From contig MQRK01238598.1 in the NCBI GenBank assembly GCA_001938485.1, forward strand, positions 1-57,102: a DNA stretch of 57,102 nucleotides, written 5' to 3'. Each line of letters opens with the position of its first letter. Position 1 is the first letter of the stretch. Positions 24,045 to 38,025 of the stretch are shown here, one piece after another. Origin of the DNA: Girardia tigrina (Eukaryota). Position numbers and translations under genes: made by a program. Below the pieces are notes generated by a model that was given only the letters and a program-made list of their open reading frames with translations, was not told where the DNA came from and did no database searches.

Positions 24045-25010
24045 GGGCTCCCATCATCTCTTGAATTGACGGAGTCTTGGAGTTTATCGGTCGTTATATA
24101 TCCCCTGTAGCCGAATCCTGATCTGAATCTTCCTCCATTCCAGACACCGATGATCGGTATCGGTTTTGGGACGAATAGCGTTGACTGAAATTCGATCTTT
24201 GATGTTCACCTCGATAACATTGATATCCCAAGTGTACATTCGCCTCACATACCGAACATTTAAGGTATGGGCATTCTCTTCGAATGTGATCACAACCTCT
24301 ACACCCGTAGCATTTTTTTAATATTTTCGGGACAGTCTTTTCGAATTTGACCAGTGTTCCTGCAATTGTAACACAACACATTTACCATCATTCCTGCTGA
24401 ATTGTTGCATCGGTTTTGTGTTGTTTCGTCCTGATTTGAAAATGATGAACGTTCCTTCAGAACCGTCACAAATGTCTTCTGTCTGTTGATTGGGGTAATT
24501 TCTTTTGTTTGTATTTCCATTTTTATGTTTTCCATTTTTTCAATTACTGATTTGATCGTTTCCGGAACTTTGGCCTCTTGCATATAAATTTGGGTTTTTA
24601 TTGATACATCTTACACACTGAGTTACAAAATAGGACATTAACTCATGTTTGTTCCATTTATGCGTTAAGATTTTATCGACCATTTTCTCGATTTTGTTGT
24701 AGAACGCATTTGCCGAATCCATTCCTTTACGCTAATTCATTATATCGTTCAAATCTTGAATTAGTGACGTCGGCCTCTTAAAAGCTTTTCTCAGTCTGTC
24801 GACAAAACTGGTGATCTTCTCATCAACGGCTTCATATGTTGCCAGTAAATCCTTGTTGATGAATGCTTTCACCATCATTGCTTGAATCGATTCATTAATT
24901 TGCGCGATTTGAAAAAATCTTTCACAATCTATAATGAATTGATCCAAGTCCTAGCATCCGTCGAATATTTTTGGTGCCAGATTGTTTATAATACTGGCTG
25001 TGGTCGCCAT
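24045..25010 (-). pseudogene. Gypsy-type gag with multiple CCHC zinc knuckles
   Basis: MATT..PKIFDG, FIIDCERFF, CYNCRNTGQIRKDCP, CYGCRGCDHIRRECP, CSVCEANVHLGYQC. Few stops or frameshifts. No pol follows. Confidence 0.8.
25002..25009 (-). promoter_or_regulatory. Putative tRNA primer-binding site TGGCGACC overlapping the gag ATG
   Basis: TGG-initiated octamer immediately at the gag start, downstream of an AT-rich AATAAA-containing region that could be the 5' LTR. Confidence 0.5.
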
Positions 25011-25254
25011 ATAAGGAGTTTCCAAAATAAATGAGAACGGATTAATTTCAACAAGATTTATTTATTAATTCAAATTTTGCGCCTTTACAATATTTAAACA
25101 AATCAGCTTTCAAGAGAATTTTTATAAGAATATTTGGAATCCATAATTATACTATATATAAATGAAAATATTAGGTATATAAATATTAATATACATTATT
25201 TATCCTTACAATTATACTTTATTATTAATTGTTTTGAATTCTGTGTTAATTTAA

Positions 25255-25345
25255 CAGTCAGTCAGATAAATCGGCTCCCAGGGCCCTTTGTCAAAGGCGC
25301 TGTACAGACAGAACCGTCTCCATGCGGACTATACAGAGCTATCTC
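25255..25345 (-). mobile_element. Short GC-rich retroposon 3' end with (CTGA)n tail (tentative)
   Basis: Hairpin CCTTTG-A-CAAAGG, ending ATCTGACTGACTG on the minus strand. Confidence 0.35.
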
Positions 25346-27189
25346 AACTTTATGCGGATTCACTCACTTTTCCTCCAATATTTCTCATTTTATCAGCATA
25401 TATATGATCAAAGTAAAATTTGAGCTTGACCAACAAACCGTGAATCACATGATAACGAAATTTTGCAAATTTAACCTAAATTGATTTTTAGAAATAAACA
25501 AATTTTGATTTGATAAAAAAACAAACAAACACACTTTTTAGACAAATATTATATATAATTTAAATTAGTGCTACTTTGTGCACTACATGTATTCTTCAAT
25601 TACAGTTGCACATGAAAGTCTTTCGGTTTAAAGAAGCTTGAAATAGGAATTAATACATAAAAATTCTTTTGATAAAAAAGTAATTTAAAAATTAAAAGAA
25701 AGATAACGTTGCATTTATAAAATTATGAAAGTGGAGGGAAATTATCAGAAAAATGTTTACTGTATCGTTTGACTATCAAATAGAAAGATGTATTGAGCTA
25801 CTTCTCCTGACTTTTGGGAAACTTAAAAATTTCCGCTGTTTTAAAAATACTCAATTATTTCTTCACATACAATTTGAACACTATTTAACTTTTGTTATTA
25901 TATTAACCCTACAATGCGCAATTTTTTTAATTATCATAAAAAATATGTTTATTATAATGACTGAACTGTCATTTTTGTTGACAAAATATATTGCATCTAT
26001 GACTTTATGGGCAGTTATCATTCCATAGACAATGTTTTTGGTTCACAGTATGTAAACACTCAAAGAATATCACGTGATTAAAATATAATGGGGATAAAAT
26101 ATGGTTGATTCAAATATGAATCACGGAGCATTGTAGGGTTAAATTATAAAAATATAATTTTCAGATATCATTTCAGTAAACTACATGTATATCAACATTT
26201 TCGCCATAATTTATTTTTAAAAATATAATTTCCTTGTATCTATAATTCTAATTCATTTAGACTTGTAAAGGTTTAGAATACCTTCGTTATACTCCAGACA
26301 AAATAGTTGATTGTTTAAGCTCAAATTTATCATGACATTGACTTATTAACATCGTCCAAAACAAGATCTTTGTTGAACCGTAATTAAATATAATCTTAAT
26401 GATATAAAGGACTCAAAGTCATTAAATTGTAGAGGATTGTAAAACTACTTCTCTTTATATGAAGCTGTAATATATTTATTTATATTCCACCAACAAATTT
26501 AATCAGAGACGTCTCAATTATCTTGGGAAAATTGTTTGTCGATATTATTGTCGTTATATTCTTATTATCATAACGATAATATTAACAGTCACAACAAAAT
26601 ATCTAAAAATCAATATAATGATTTAAATTGAAACTTTGCCTTTGTAATTAACGAAAAAGATAAAATAAAAAATAAACAAGATAAAGATAGAAAGCTTGTT
26701 GATCGAGAATTATAATTCTATATCCTGACACAATTCCACAATAAGCACCATTTTATAGTCAAATTTCTACCGACCATTTAACGACAATATTTTCTATTTA
26801 CAATCGTGGTCTACCGATGATTTACAACAAGTCCAAAACCTCAACATTCAATGTTGCTAGTCACCTCTCCTATCAATCCACAATATTGGACAATATCCAG
26901 AAGTAGGTTGGAAGTATCATAGTCCTTGATAAATCACAGTTTATCCTACAAATATCTGTGAATAAACTATTAAATGTTTTATTTAATTATTATCCTCTTT
27001 ATTACGCAATACCTTTTGAAGTTATCTTTCCGCGAAGTTTATATACTACAGTGTTAAGCTGTTTGAGAGTTTCATACGTGAGTGCAGCGAGTGTTTTTTC
27101 ACTTAGAAGAGGAAAATTAATGTTGATTAGGAAACTAATTTAAAATTCGAAAAATAAACTTTCGAATCATTGCAGGTACTTGGTGCGTT

Positions 27190-27760
27190 CAATAGCTTCC
27201 CAGTTCACCTCTTCAAAGATGGCTTCTCTCCAGGCAGTTTTAAATCTACTGACTCACGTTTTCTTTCCGGCAGATACGTATTGATTGGGGTTTTATCATC
27301 CGTAAATAAATATCTCAAAGTCTGGTCCCACAAGTATAAGTTGTTCGTACTGCACGTCATGCGGTTTCTCTTCATTTCGTCGGAAAAGAAGCGGGGTACG
27401 AATGTGAAGCAGAGTTTTCTGATACCCATAGATTTCAATTTTGCGTAGGCTGTACCAACACGGATTTTGAACTTCATTGACATCATTTTCATGGTAATTG
27501 AATGACCTTTCTGGAAAATCTTCACATATCTTTCATCAACTGTGTCAAACATTTCTTGTGGCCGACCTGATTTTTCTTGATTAAAAACGGAAGTGCCATC
27601 ACCTTAAAACTCTCTGATCCAATATATAACAGTTATCGAATAAAGGGAGTCATGTAAGTAAGTCGACTGCAAAAGATTGTAGATTTCCTGCATGTCTTCT
27701 TCTGCAATACAAAGAACTGTTTAAAGTTGCGATATTAGATGTCTAAAATAATCGCACTGA
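27190..27760 (-). pseudogene. mariner transposase N-terminal half
   Basis: SGRP linker, second HTH, LCFTFVPRFFS (WVPR-like), LFTDDKTPI..Y.PE.KRES (TGDE..Y.PE motif). Confidence 0.75.
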
Positions 27761-27928
27761 CGAAAGTTTAAAATGTCTCAATAAAAAGTTTATTGTTTTT
27801 GATAAAGTAAAACAATTACTGAAATTAAAACTTATATTATTTTTTATTATATTATTTTATATAACTGCATAAAAAGATTTTTCTAATAAATCATTTTTAT
27901 AATCTTTCCATATTAAACTTATATTAAA

Positions 27929-27930
<2 letters not shown>

Positions 27931-27980
<50 letters not shown>
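27931..27980. repeat. (TA)n microsatellite
   Basis: Directly visible. Confidence 0.95.
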
Positions 27981-27981
<1 letters not shown>

Positions 27982-29540
27982 CTTATATATAAGTTATAAC
28001 TTAATACTCAACTTTTATTTATTATTATTTAAAATAATTCAGGAAATTCATAATATTTGGTTTAGTCTTATTTATACGGATGATGAAATTTATCATCCAA
28101 GAAATCCAATTACGACCATATGGAATTTGTAAGAAGGATCTTTATGTTTGCAGATTAAAGAATTATATATATAAATAATATATTAAATTTCATTGAATCA
28201 TATTATTTTTCTTTGTCTGAAAAAAGTTTTCGTATAAATAATGAATTTATGTTGACAATAAAAAATATGGTTTATTTAGTATTTTTCGTTGTTATATTGG
28301 ATTAAAAGTCAACTTTTTCAGACTAAAGGAAGCCTTAACCCCAGGCTGTTACCTATAAACCATCATTTGTCTCAGGGACAATATTTTAAACGTCTAACAT
28401 GTAGTATTATTAATAAATACTATTATTAAGATTGTTATTATTAAAAAAATAATATGTAATATAAATCAAGAATGAATACTTAAAGTATAAAAATAATCAT
28501 AAATAGATGTATTTTCGACTTAAAATACCAGAGTGGTCCAAGTAATCTTTACTCTAGATATTATAATTAAGGAGGTTTCTTAGGTCTTTAAATTGTGCTT
28601 TTATCACTCTAAAAATGGTAAGTTGAATTAGGGAACTCTTTTAATATATTGTAAACGAAGGATTTAAATTTATTAAATGAGAAACTCAAACCAGTCGAAC
28701 AAAATCAACAGTCATCTGAAGCGCAATGTAAACTGATAAGGGGTCTGCCGTCGGTCATTCTCAATGGCCTGTCAATGAAGTTCAAAGATTATTTATTAAA
28801 ATCAAAATTCATTATTTATCATAAAGTACATAGAGACGTTAGTTTTAGCTTCTTTTTAAAAATTTTGTGTTTGTTCAATTGTAGTAAATAGAGATCATAT
28901 CAATAATAAAATTATATTTTTAGAAATATATTTTATTTATTCTCAATCATACTTTTAGGAAAAAGAATTCTTACAAAAACCAGCATCACAAAGTTAAAAA
29001 GAGCTTTCTTTTTCATTTGAAAAATATTTAAAGAAAATTAATTTATAAATAAAAATATAATTGCTTTAAAATGAATCTGTTAATAAAAACATATTTAATT
29101 AATATGTTTAATTCCAAAAATATTTAATTCTAATAAATAAAAAAAATGTTGTATTTTTTAATTTGTTAATAAATATCATTTTAGAATGTAAAAAGTGTGT
29201 TTGTAATTAAAGAGATGGACGAACTTCAAGCAAAATTTTTGAAGAAGAGTCATGATAAATATTTTACAGTACCAAACCATTTGGGTTAAATGCAGAAATA
29301 GAAAAAAATAAATATAATATAAAAAAATATTTTTTTCTCGTTGGTATTTAGAAAAAAAAAGATTTGACATTGAATTATCTTTTCTACGTTGAATTACTTT
29401 GAAAAGACTTTAGATAATGATGAGAGAAATGAATAAATTAATTAAATAAAAAAATGAAATCTAAAATCATATCAAAAATACCATAAAACCAAGTTCAAAT
29501 GTCAGTTATTCAGAATAACTACCCTTGATATATTAAAATA

Positions 29541-30285
29541 TGAGGTTGGGGAAAAAGGAATCCATTATTTGGTATGAAATTCAAAACTTTATTTAACATG
29601 TTTCGGATTGTCCTCTTGGAGTCAAATATGCACCGTTTTGTTGTATAATTAGTTGCCATTTTGAAGGTAGCTTCATAATGCCTCTCGTAGAAGTCTTGGT
29701 CCTTATTGGAGAAAAAATGTAGTAATCGATTTTCACAATCTTCTATTGATTTCAATTTCTTATCAATCAGGAAATTTTGCAATGCGAGAAAAGGTGGTAA
29801 TCGCTTGGTAGCAGGTCCAGACTATATGGTGGATGCATTAAAACTTCCCAATCAAGCTCCCTGAGTTTCTGGCGAGTCACTACAAACGTATGTGGTCTGG
29901 CGTTGTCATGATGGAACACAGCACCTCTTCTGTTAGCCAATTCTGGTCGTTTCTCATCAATTGCTATCTTCAAACGGTCCAGTTGTTAACAGTACAGATC
30001 TGAATTTAGTGTTTGGCCATACGGAAGCAACTCCTAATAAATGATTCCTTTCCAGTCCCACAAAATACACAGTAGAACCTTCCTGGCCGTTAGTCCTGGT
30101 TTGGCGACCGTTTGAGGTGCTTCACTGTGCTTTGAACACGTTCGTTTTCGTACAATATTGTCATATATGACCCATTTCTCATGAAATGTTACCTTGACAA
30201 AGAGCATAAATTTGAAATTATTTGATCGATAAATAATGAATTAAAATAATGGATTACAATAATGGATTACTTTTTCCAAATCACA
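29541..30285 (-). mobile_element. Internally deleted mariner (D,D34D) with both TIRs
   Basis: HHDNARPH...HPPYSLDLLPSDYHLF. TIRs TGAGGTTGGGGAAAAAGGAATCCATTATTT and AATAATGGATTACTTTTTCCAAATCACA. A 13-bp tandem duplication lies in the right TIR. Confidence 0.9.
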
Positions 30286-31996
30286 TTTGCCACTCACCCG
30301 TGCTCAAAGTTGACTATTGGAAGAGACCCTTTCCAGATATAAATTTTATTTTTCAAATTTCCTTATTGTTAGGTCTATTCAGTATTTTCTCATTTTTAGC
30401 TTTTATTATTATTCTAAATTCATTATGAGTCATATATCAAATTTAGAGACCCTTTACCTTGGACAGAAACATCCATGAGGTAAGTCATTCAGTAACATAA
30501 ACATTTTTAAGTAATAAAAAATATGTTCGGTAAAATGTTATATTAGAATTGAACATTTTAACCATTTTATTTTGTGGTTCAAAAGTCAATTTTCATTATT
30601 AATCAAAAATATCTGAGAATAAAAATAAATATAAATATTTACAAGTATAATTTCATTTTATACACTTTAAATACAGCCTGAAAATGTTTGCTTTGAAGAG
30701 GAACGTAGGTACATTCGCTATGGGGATAGCTTGTTGAACCCTACATCTTTTAGCTCATCACTAATGCGCTAATTTGGCTATAGTTATTAAAGTTCAGTAA
30801 TATCCTTAAAATAAAAATCTACTAAATTTCTTATAATGTATAAAAATATTTTATAATGAGGTAAAAATATATTATCAAATGAGGTTTTTACAAGAAAACG
30901 TTTGATTTTGAATTCAAAAATGAACGTTTTTACGACGTTAAGAAAATTGCAACCGAAAATCAGACATTTTTCCTTCTTAGGGGTTTACTGGATCAAATGA
31001 ATAAAGTATAGGCATAATATTCTGAAACAAAGAGACAGATCAAAACTATATATTTTAGTATAAAATTTGATTTTATAAAATGTTGTTTTTCAAGGAACTC
31101 CTCTTGAGCTGTTTCTGTAAATCGAAAAGAAATCATTAAAAAGAACTCAGAAAAATATCATCACGAGATTTACGATGATTTAAATTAAGGTTAAGTAGGC
31201 CGTTTAAAATATTAGGTTCAAGACGATATTATCAGACAATGACAGAGTTATTTTATAAAATAGAATAGGACGAAAATCCATTCAATGCTAATAAAAGTGA
31301 ACTGCATCTCTTTAAAAACAGTAAAAAATTATGGAGCTTATATTAGAAGATATGACTTAATTGTGATAATGAAACCTTAATATTATGGCCCAACAGTTAA
31401 TGTCTGTCAATACTTTTATTATAATTTAATAATAATAATTATAATTTTTGTTTTTTTCTTAAAATATAATTGATACCTCGTTTCTCATTCCGAAAACGTA
31501 TGTGTACTTTTTTTAATGATTACTTTATGTGCAACATATTTTTTTATTAAATTTTATAAGGGATAATTTTTGGAAGAAATATTGGTCCCATACTTCAGTT
31601 CTTATTCAAAAAACATTATTATCAACTTTTGCAGCTTCACATTTCATACATAAATATTAAAATTGTTTTAAAAATGACTTTTTAAATGTTTTAATTTTAT
31701 TTGTTTCAAAATAGTCCAAATAATTAGTAATTCTGGATTCAATTTCAAAGGATTTATTATTAAAAGATTAATTGAAATCATAAAATCAAATAATTAAGAT
31801 TATTTAGTTCATCTCCAGGTCTCCTCAGAGACTGAGCGTTAGAAGCAAATGAGACAGATCATCGTTTAACTCAAGTGAAAGATTTTATTTTATCGTTAAT
31901 ATCAGATCAAATCAAAAGAACTCAAAGTTCGATCCACAAATTATTTTATTTATAAATCTCGCTAAAAAATCTAATGGTTTTTAATATTCGTTTTAA

Positions 31997-32300
31997 CCAA
32001 CCTACCTCTTTGAACGAGATTAACACGTCGCAACAACCCGAGCGACGCTTGTTCATACAACAAAAGCCTATAGAAAAAGGAAAATGATGGTGTTGAGGTG
32101 GAGAGACAAAAGAGACGCGTTTTCCTATCAACGGTTCATGGTGCAACTATAACTGAATTAGACAGCGGAAAACAGTAGGTTTTACGACCTATTATTGTCA
32201 AAAAGGACCATAATAAACATTATTATCTTGGTTACGACAATAAAAAAACCTGATGATTTTTTTACATACCTTGTGGAAAAAAAACCCAAAGGTAGGGTGG
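31997..32300 (+). mobile_element. piggyBac deletion derivative (304 bp)
   Basis: TTAA|CCAACCTACCT ... AGGTAGGGTGG|TTAA. Internal GKMMVLRWRDKRD and LSTVH are typical piggyBac transposase motifs. Confidence 0.85.
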
Positions 32301-32447
32301 TTAAAAAAAATACAACAAAAATTTCGTAAAATCATGATAAAAAATTTCAGTCAGAATATCGTAATTTAGCCCAAAAATAATTTTAATTCGTTATGGCCTT
32401 TTAACAACAAAATCATTGTAATAAATAAGTGATTTTACAAATTACGT

Positions 32448-34220
32448 GGGCCTCCCATCTCTTTCGAATGGTATTGAGCCTCTAGGTTCTTTAGAGGGTC
32501 CACCCAAACTAAAGAATCACTAGCAGCCCCCCGATAGGCCTCCTACGGGGTCAAATAGTTTCGGTCTCCGAGATCTTTTCGGCTTCCCTGTGAGAAACGA
32601 TCCCCTATGGGTTGTATAGCCATGGTTCTGCATACCTTTGGCTGTATTCGTGGACTTCGTACAGCCGCGAAAGGGACATCTGAACTCCCCCTTGCAGTTA
32701 GATCTGCAATCCTAAAAGTCAGATGTGTTTCTTCAGTACCTATCGCTTCTTCCACCGCCGTCGAGATAGTCGGGGGGTCCGTCACGGATTGAATCTGGTT
32801 GCCTGAAATGTTGATGTTTTCTACGACTCTTTCTTCTGTGGTTGTACTGGTTTTCGCTGGTGTCATTGTCGGTTCTCCAATTTCTTTTGTCTCCTCCAAT
32901 TTATGATCCCGGTAGAGGTGCCTGGTCAGCCACCCCTTCGTTTTGTACGACTTTTTGCATAGTGTCCATGGAAATGGCAATTGCTGTTGTTGTATCTCAT
33001 TGAGCTGATTAGGATTAGCAGAAGTGGACACCGCATGGTCCCTTTTCATGTGTCTGTTCCGCTCCTTCTTTTCGGCAAACTCCTTGTAGCATCTTTCTAC
33101 TGGACATTGGTGACGTTTGTCTCTCTCGTTGATCAGCTTCGGTACAGTTGTTCTTGTCCTATTGAGTCTTCCTGATCGAATNNNNNNNNNTATGTATGTT
33201 TCCCTCGATACAGTAGGATCTCTGTGATTGATGCGGTTAATGAAATCTCCATACACCGCATCATCCCCAAATAGCCACTGTATGTCCACTCGAAGACATT
33301 CCGAAATTGATTGCTTTTTTCTCCCACTGATCTTTTTTCCCATTTGTATTTCTCCCTTTTAGATTCGTTTGATTGTCTCGTACTCTTCTGAAGTTTCCGT
33401 CTTACTGTGGAAAGTAAGCCGTTTACTCGCGATAATATCCATGGGATGTGGGAGTCCAATGTCCAGGATGTCCATACGGATCTTTTCAATTTTGTGTTTC
33501 TTCCTAACTATGCGCGTGCATAGGTTATGAAGGGCATTTAATTTCTTAATGTTCTTGTCCGCAGTTCTCCAGCTTTCACAGCCGTAGTAGACTACGGAGA
33601 ATATGCATGCGTTGATTACTTTCTTCTTATTCCTCATACTCAGTTTGGAGCTCTTCANNNNNNNNNNNNNNNNNNNNNNNNNNNNNNNNNNNNNNNNNNN
33701 NNNNNNNTTATTCCTCATACTCAGTTTGGAGCTCTTCAGCACTGGTCTCAGATCCCGGATCTTCTGGGTTCCTTTCTTGATTCTTTCTTTCACTTCTGCG
33801 TCCACATTTCCCGCTGAAGAGATCGTAGATCCTAGGTAACAAAAGCTAGAGACCCACTCAATACCGGCCTCAAGCTGGTACCCAGTGGTAAGAATCCGAG
33901 TATCTCCGTTTAGGTTCAAAACTTTATTTTTACCGATGTTAATTTTGAGACCTAAATTTAAAAAGGATGCATTTAAAATGTTCAAATTATTTATCAAGTT
34001 GTTCCAGTCCGTGTCGATGAGGCAGAGATCGTCAGCATAGGCTAGTCTGTTGATCTCAAGGAAGCTTCCATCTTCATGTTTCATCATCACTCCTCCAGAG
34101 AGACCGTTCAATATTGCTCTTTTCTATAGGTGATGAAACCTTCAACATGGATAAAGGAGTGCGTCAATTGTTTTAGGGCCGCTCCTGTTCAATATTGTAT
34201 TCGACACGGTTGTGAAAAGA
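32448..34220 (-). mobile_element. RTE-clade LINE, 5'-truncated with a 5' inversion; RT C-half plus three C2H2 zinc fingers
   Basis: LAYADDL, GLKINIGKNKVL, FCYLGSTIS, YGCESW. Fingers CPVERC..H..H, (C)TLCKKSYK..H..H and CPFRGC..H..H. TSD A(C/T)AAATTACGT at 32437-32447 and 34221-34231. Confidence 0.9.
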
Positions 34221-36929
34221 ATAAATTACGTAAATATTTTGATGCTCCTCCTCAGCTCGCTGTGATTGGTTAGATAATCAGAGAGAGTCATTCTAGAATC
34301 TAGGCACACAAAAAGGTTACAAATCGACTCTTAATGATTCATAAACAAAATCGGTTTCAATACCCGAATAAAAAGTGATTAAAATTAAAATTTTCTTTTT
34401 TCTAATAAATTTAATTATTGTTATTTTATTTATTATTTCATTTTTTTCTTTTTTACATACTAATTTATAAATTATAATTATATTTATAAGCAAGTGGAAA
34501 CAATAGGCAAATTTTCATTCAATAGACAAAGTTTCTGACTTTATTGAATTTGCACAAAAGGATATTTGAAATATAAATAATATTAACGAAATATAAATAT
34601 GGAATAATATCTAAATTTAATGGAGTCTATAATTTATTATTAGAAGAAAAGTTTAAAATGATTGAAATAAAGTACATATAAACTAAAAATATTGAAAAGC
34701 AAATGTCCCTTTTTAAATTATTTTTGGGGAAATATTTTTAAGTATAATTAAATCCAAAAATTAAATGAAAGCGAAAATTTCTGATAGTATAAATAATAAT
34801 TATTGAACTAAAAAATATTTGAACCAATTTTAAAACCGAATTTAAATCATAATTACTGTCGAAATATTTTTAATTTTTTTAAAAAGTTTATCAGAATGAA
34901 AACAATATTTTTGAATTGGTAAAAAATATATAAAATATATTTCTATAAATTTTGAAAAAGATTTTTTTAATTTTATTGATTTTTTTATTTTTTAAAAAAA
35001 TGTAAAATAATTCTATTAAAAATATAGTAATTTAGTTACAAACTAATAAATTCTTTTTTAATTTCTTATTTTTTCTGTTTTGTTATAATATTAAAATCTA
35101 ATTTAGTTTGTGTTTCTGGAAAAAGTAAATATTTGTGCAAAAGTTCTTGTTGTGGGACATGGGTTTGGTGATTATAAAAATAACATAAAAGTACGATTAA
35201 AATTTTTATAATGGATTGATCTTTCAAAACTAATAACAAATAAATAAATTTATAAATATTGGTAACATAAAATGAATATTTGCGAAAATCCAAGTAAAAT
35301 AATTTGTATACATTAAAATAATGTAGTACTATTTGAATATATTATATATTTTTAATTATATTTATACAACCGCGCTTAACTTATATGAACTTATATTATT
35401 TCATTTTCATTAATAAATATTTTATTTAAACTAAAATTAATAATTTATAATTTATTATCAAATAATTTTCTCAAAATAATTCATATAATTCCAATAGATT
35501 ATTATTATTATTATATCTTCCGAAAATTTCAATATTCTAAGATTTAAGAAAATAAACAAATCTGAAATTGAAATGAGATCATAGAAAAGAATAATGATAA
35601 AGTAAACATTTTAGATTCAGTTTTCTATGAAATAAGGATGAGAAATTTTATATATTATTTTTTAATTTAATATAAAATAAATTTTGAAAAATAATATTTT
35701 TAATCAGCAATATTTTCGTTCAAAATAACTTTAATAATTGCAAATAATATTTAATTAAACCAATTTAAAAGAAAAAAAATAATATATTATATTTTTCATA
35801 GCTAGTATATAAATATATTTTTAATATATTAATTAATATACTAAAAGCATAGCACACTCACGTCGTCAAAGTATAGAAGAAGACCCCTGCCAAACCAACT
35901 ACCTCGGTTTGAAGTTTTTGAGATCCATCGAAGGACAGATTCTTTCTTGATTGCAATTTTATTATAATATTATTTTGAAATATATATTTATTTTTTTTGA
36001 TATTATTAAAGCATTTATTCCTAAAAAGTATTAAAATTTTTGTTTTTGTTAGATATTTTAATTGAAGTTTTATACGGTTTTGTGTACAAATCCATGACAT
36101 AAAATTACCTTATTCTTTTTTCATAAAAGAAATTGTGAGTAATTACTGACACAACTTTACCAAAGTGTAATTAAAACAAAATATTTAAATATATTTATTC
36201 CTAAATATAATGAAACACTTTATTGTTCCTTCACATAACTAAAATTTCTTTTAAATTATTTTAATTAGTTATTCAAGAAGACTTGAATGTAAATTTATAT
36301 ATTTATTGATTCAGTTGTAAAGAAACTTTTCACTTTAACAAGAGCGATGTCACCTATATCAAGTTGAATTTTTACTTTCCGTAGAAAAAGAAAATATTTT
36401 CTTATCTTAAAATAATTTTGCTTTTTTATTTAACTACAAGTTAATAAAGTTACAATCATAATGTATAAGAAAATAAAATAATAATTAAATTTAATGCGAT
36501 TAGTGAGACATAAGATTTAAGATTATAAGTTACCAAGAAGGTAGGAGAGCTTCATTTATGAAAAGAGATAATGTCCTATAATTAAGAGTTTCACTAATGT
36601 TAAAGGTCGAACTTTAAACTAAGGACTATGATTTAGGACTATGACTAATGCTGAATATCATATTTATATGTTATATTCTGATAGGGTTCGTCAAGTTATT
36701 TTGAGTATTTAAGTTCTTCTTTAAGGCTGGGACGATAATGAATATCTATGTAATAAGTGATTCAATTTTATTATCAAGATCTGATGAACTTTACAAACAA
36801 ATAGAAAGATAATCTTCTATAATTAAAAATGAACCTCCCATATCTTTTCAAGAATGTATTGAACCTATAGGCTCTTTATATTATCCACAAAAATCAAATA
36901 AGTCTATAAGTCCCCTGATAGGTCTCATA

Positions 36930-37050
36930 CGGGGATGTCAGCATTTTGCTTCCGCGCACGCTTCGCTAATACGGTCTGAAACGACAACTCATGGGTAGTG
37001 GTCCCATGATTTGGCATCCTTTTGGTTGTGTACGTGGACTTTACTCATTC
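36930..37050 (-). pseudogene. Decayed gag/ORF1-like zinc-knuckle region (tentative)
   Basis: KGCQIMG..PMSCRFRPY..EACAEAKC resembles tandem CCHC knuckles. Lies in a moderately GC-rich block extending to ~37700. Confidence 0.3.
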
Positions 37051-37799
37051 ACAAAACGATATCTAAAAGTTCCTCTCGCAGTTATATCTGTAAGAATTTG
37101 AATCGACATTTAGCACTTGAAATGCGTTGTCTTCTGGTATCGCGTTCAGTGGTTGATTCATTTGTTTCCATTGCCTGGAATGATTATTTCTGTTCGGTAT
37201 TTGTATGATTTATTTTTATTCTTCAATTTTGTGCGCTGATTTAAGATTTCTGATGAGCCATTCTTTGGTCTTTTAGTTCTTTAGGCATAGATGACAATTG
37301 AATCCTTCCGGCTCTTCTTCTTGAATGATTCTTAATCAGTGTTTAATCTTAATCTTGTTTATCGTGTCGATTCATTTTTTTATGTTCTCTAAATTCCCTG
37401 GGATTGCAGTCTCTCTCGCCTTTTCATGGAGCAGTTTTGATATACTAGACTGGGTGAAATTTCCACCATAGGCCAAATTGAGAGACAAAGACAGTTTGGT
37501 TAGCAGCCCAAGCTAATCCTTAACCTGATCGCTACCAAAACTGAAATTACTGATTTGGAAGGCCTCGAAGTAATTAAGCTCCTGAGATGTGAGTCACTAG
37601 AGAAAGACTCCGTCGTCGGATTGGGTGTTGATAGCTGAAATGTTCGGGGGTTGAACGATGAGAAACTATTTACTAATTGAAAACAATCATTTTTCACTTA
37701 TGGTCTTTCTTAGAACCTCTTGACAATCATTCTTGCTTAATTTTAATGAAAAAATAGATTTAATCAGTAAAAATGAAACAATTAGTTTAATTTTGTCAT

Positions 37800-37979
37800 G
37801 TTTAGTATACTGATTTTGAGAAAGACGATATATACTATTTTGATGGGTTATAGAGGTTGAAGCATTACTTAGAGAAGTTTTTTAAATCTAAAAGATTATG
37901 TAGAGAAACAAAAATTAATTTGAAGACAAAATGACTCCTTTAATTGTTAGATCGAAGACTTTTCAGGCAAACCTCGTAT
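37800..37979 (+). mobile_element. mariner 3' end with right TIR
   Basis: DGL.RL....KF....DYVEK C-terminus, then GACTTTTCAGGCAAACCTCG|TA. Confidence 0.55.
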
Positions 37980-38025
37980 TATATATTATTATATTATATT
38001 ATATTATTATAGTATATTATATTAT
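37978..38025. repeat. (TATAT)n pentanucleotide repeat
   Basis: Directly visible. Confidence 0.85.

Noticed and set aside
30390-30715. Possible host exons (AG|GTAAGT at ~30479; also a minus-strand GTGAGT donor at ~35860)
   Set aside because: Splice-like motifs only; no coherent reading frame or recognisable protein could be assembled.
33628-33738. Direct repeat flanking the N-run in the RTE RT
   Set aside because: Typical unmerged contig overlap, not biological.
37250-37275. CTGATGAGCCA...TGGT hammerhead-like start
   Set aside because: No GAAA and no stem III.
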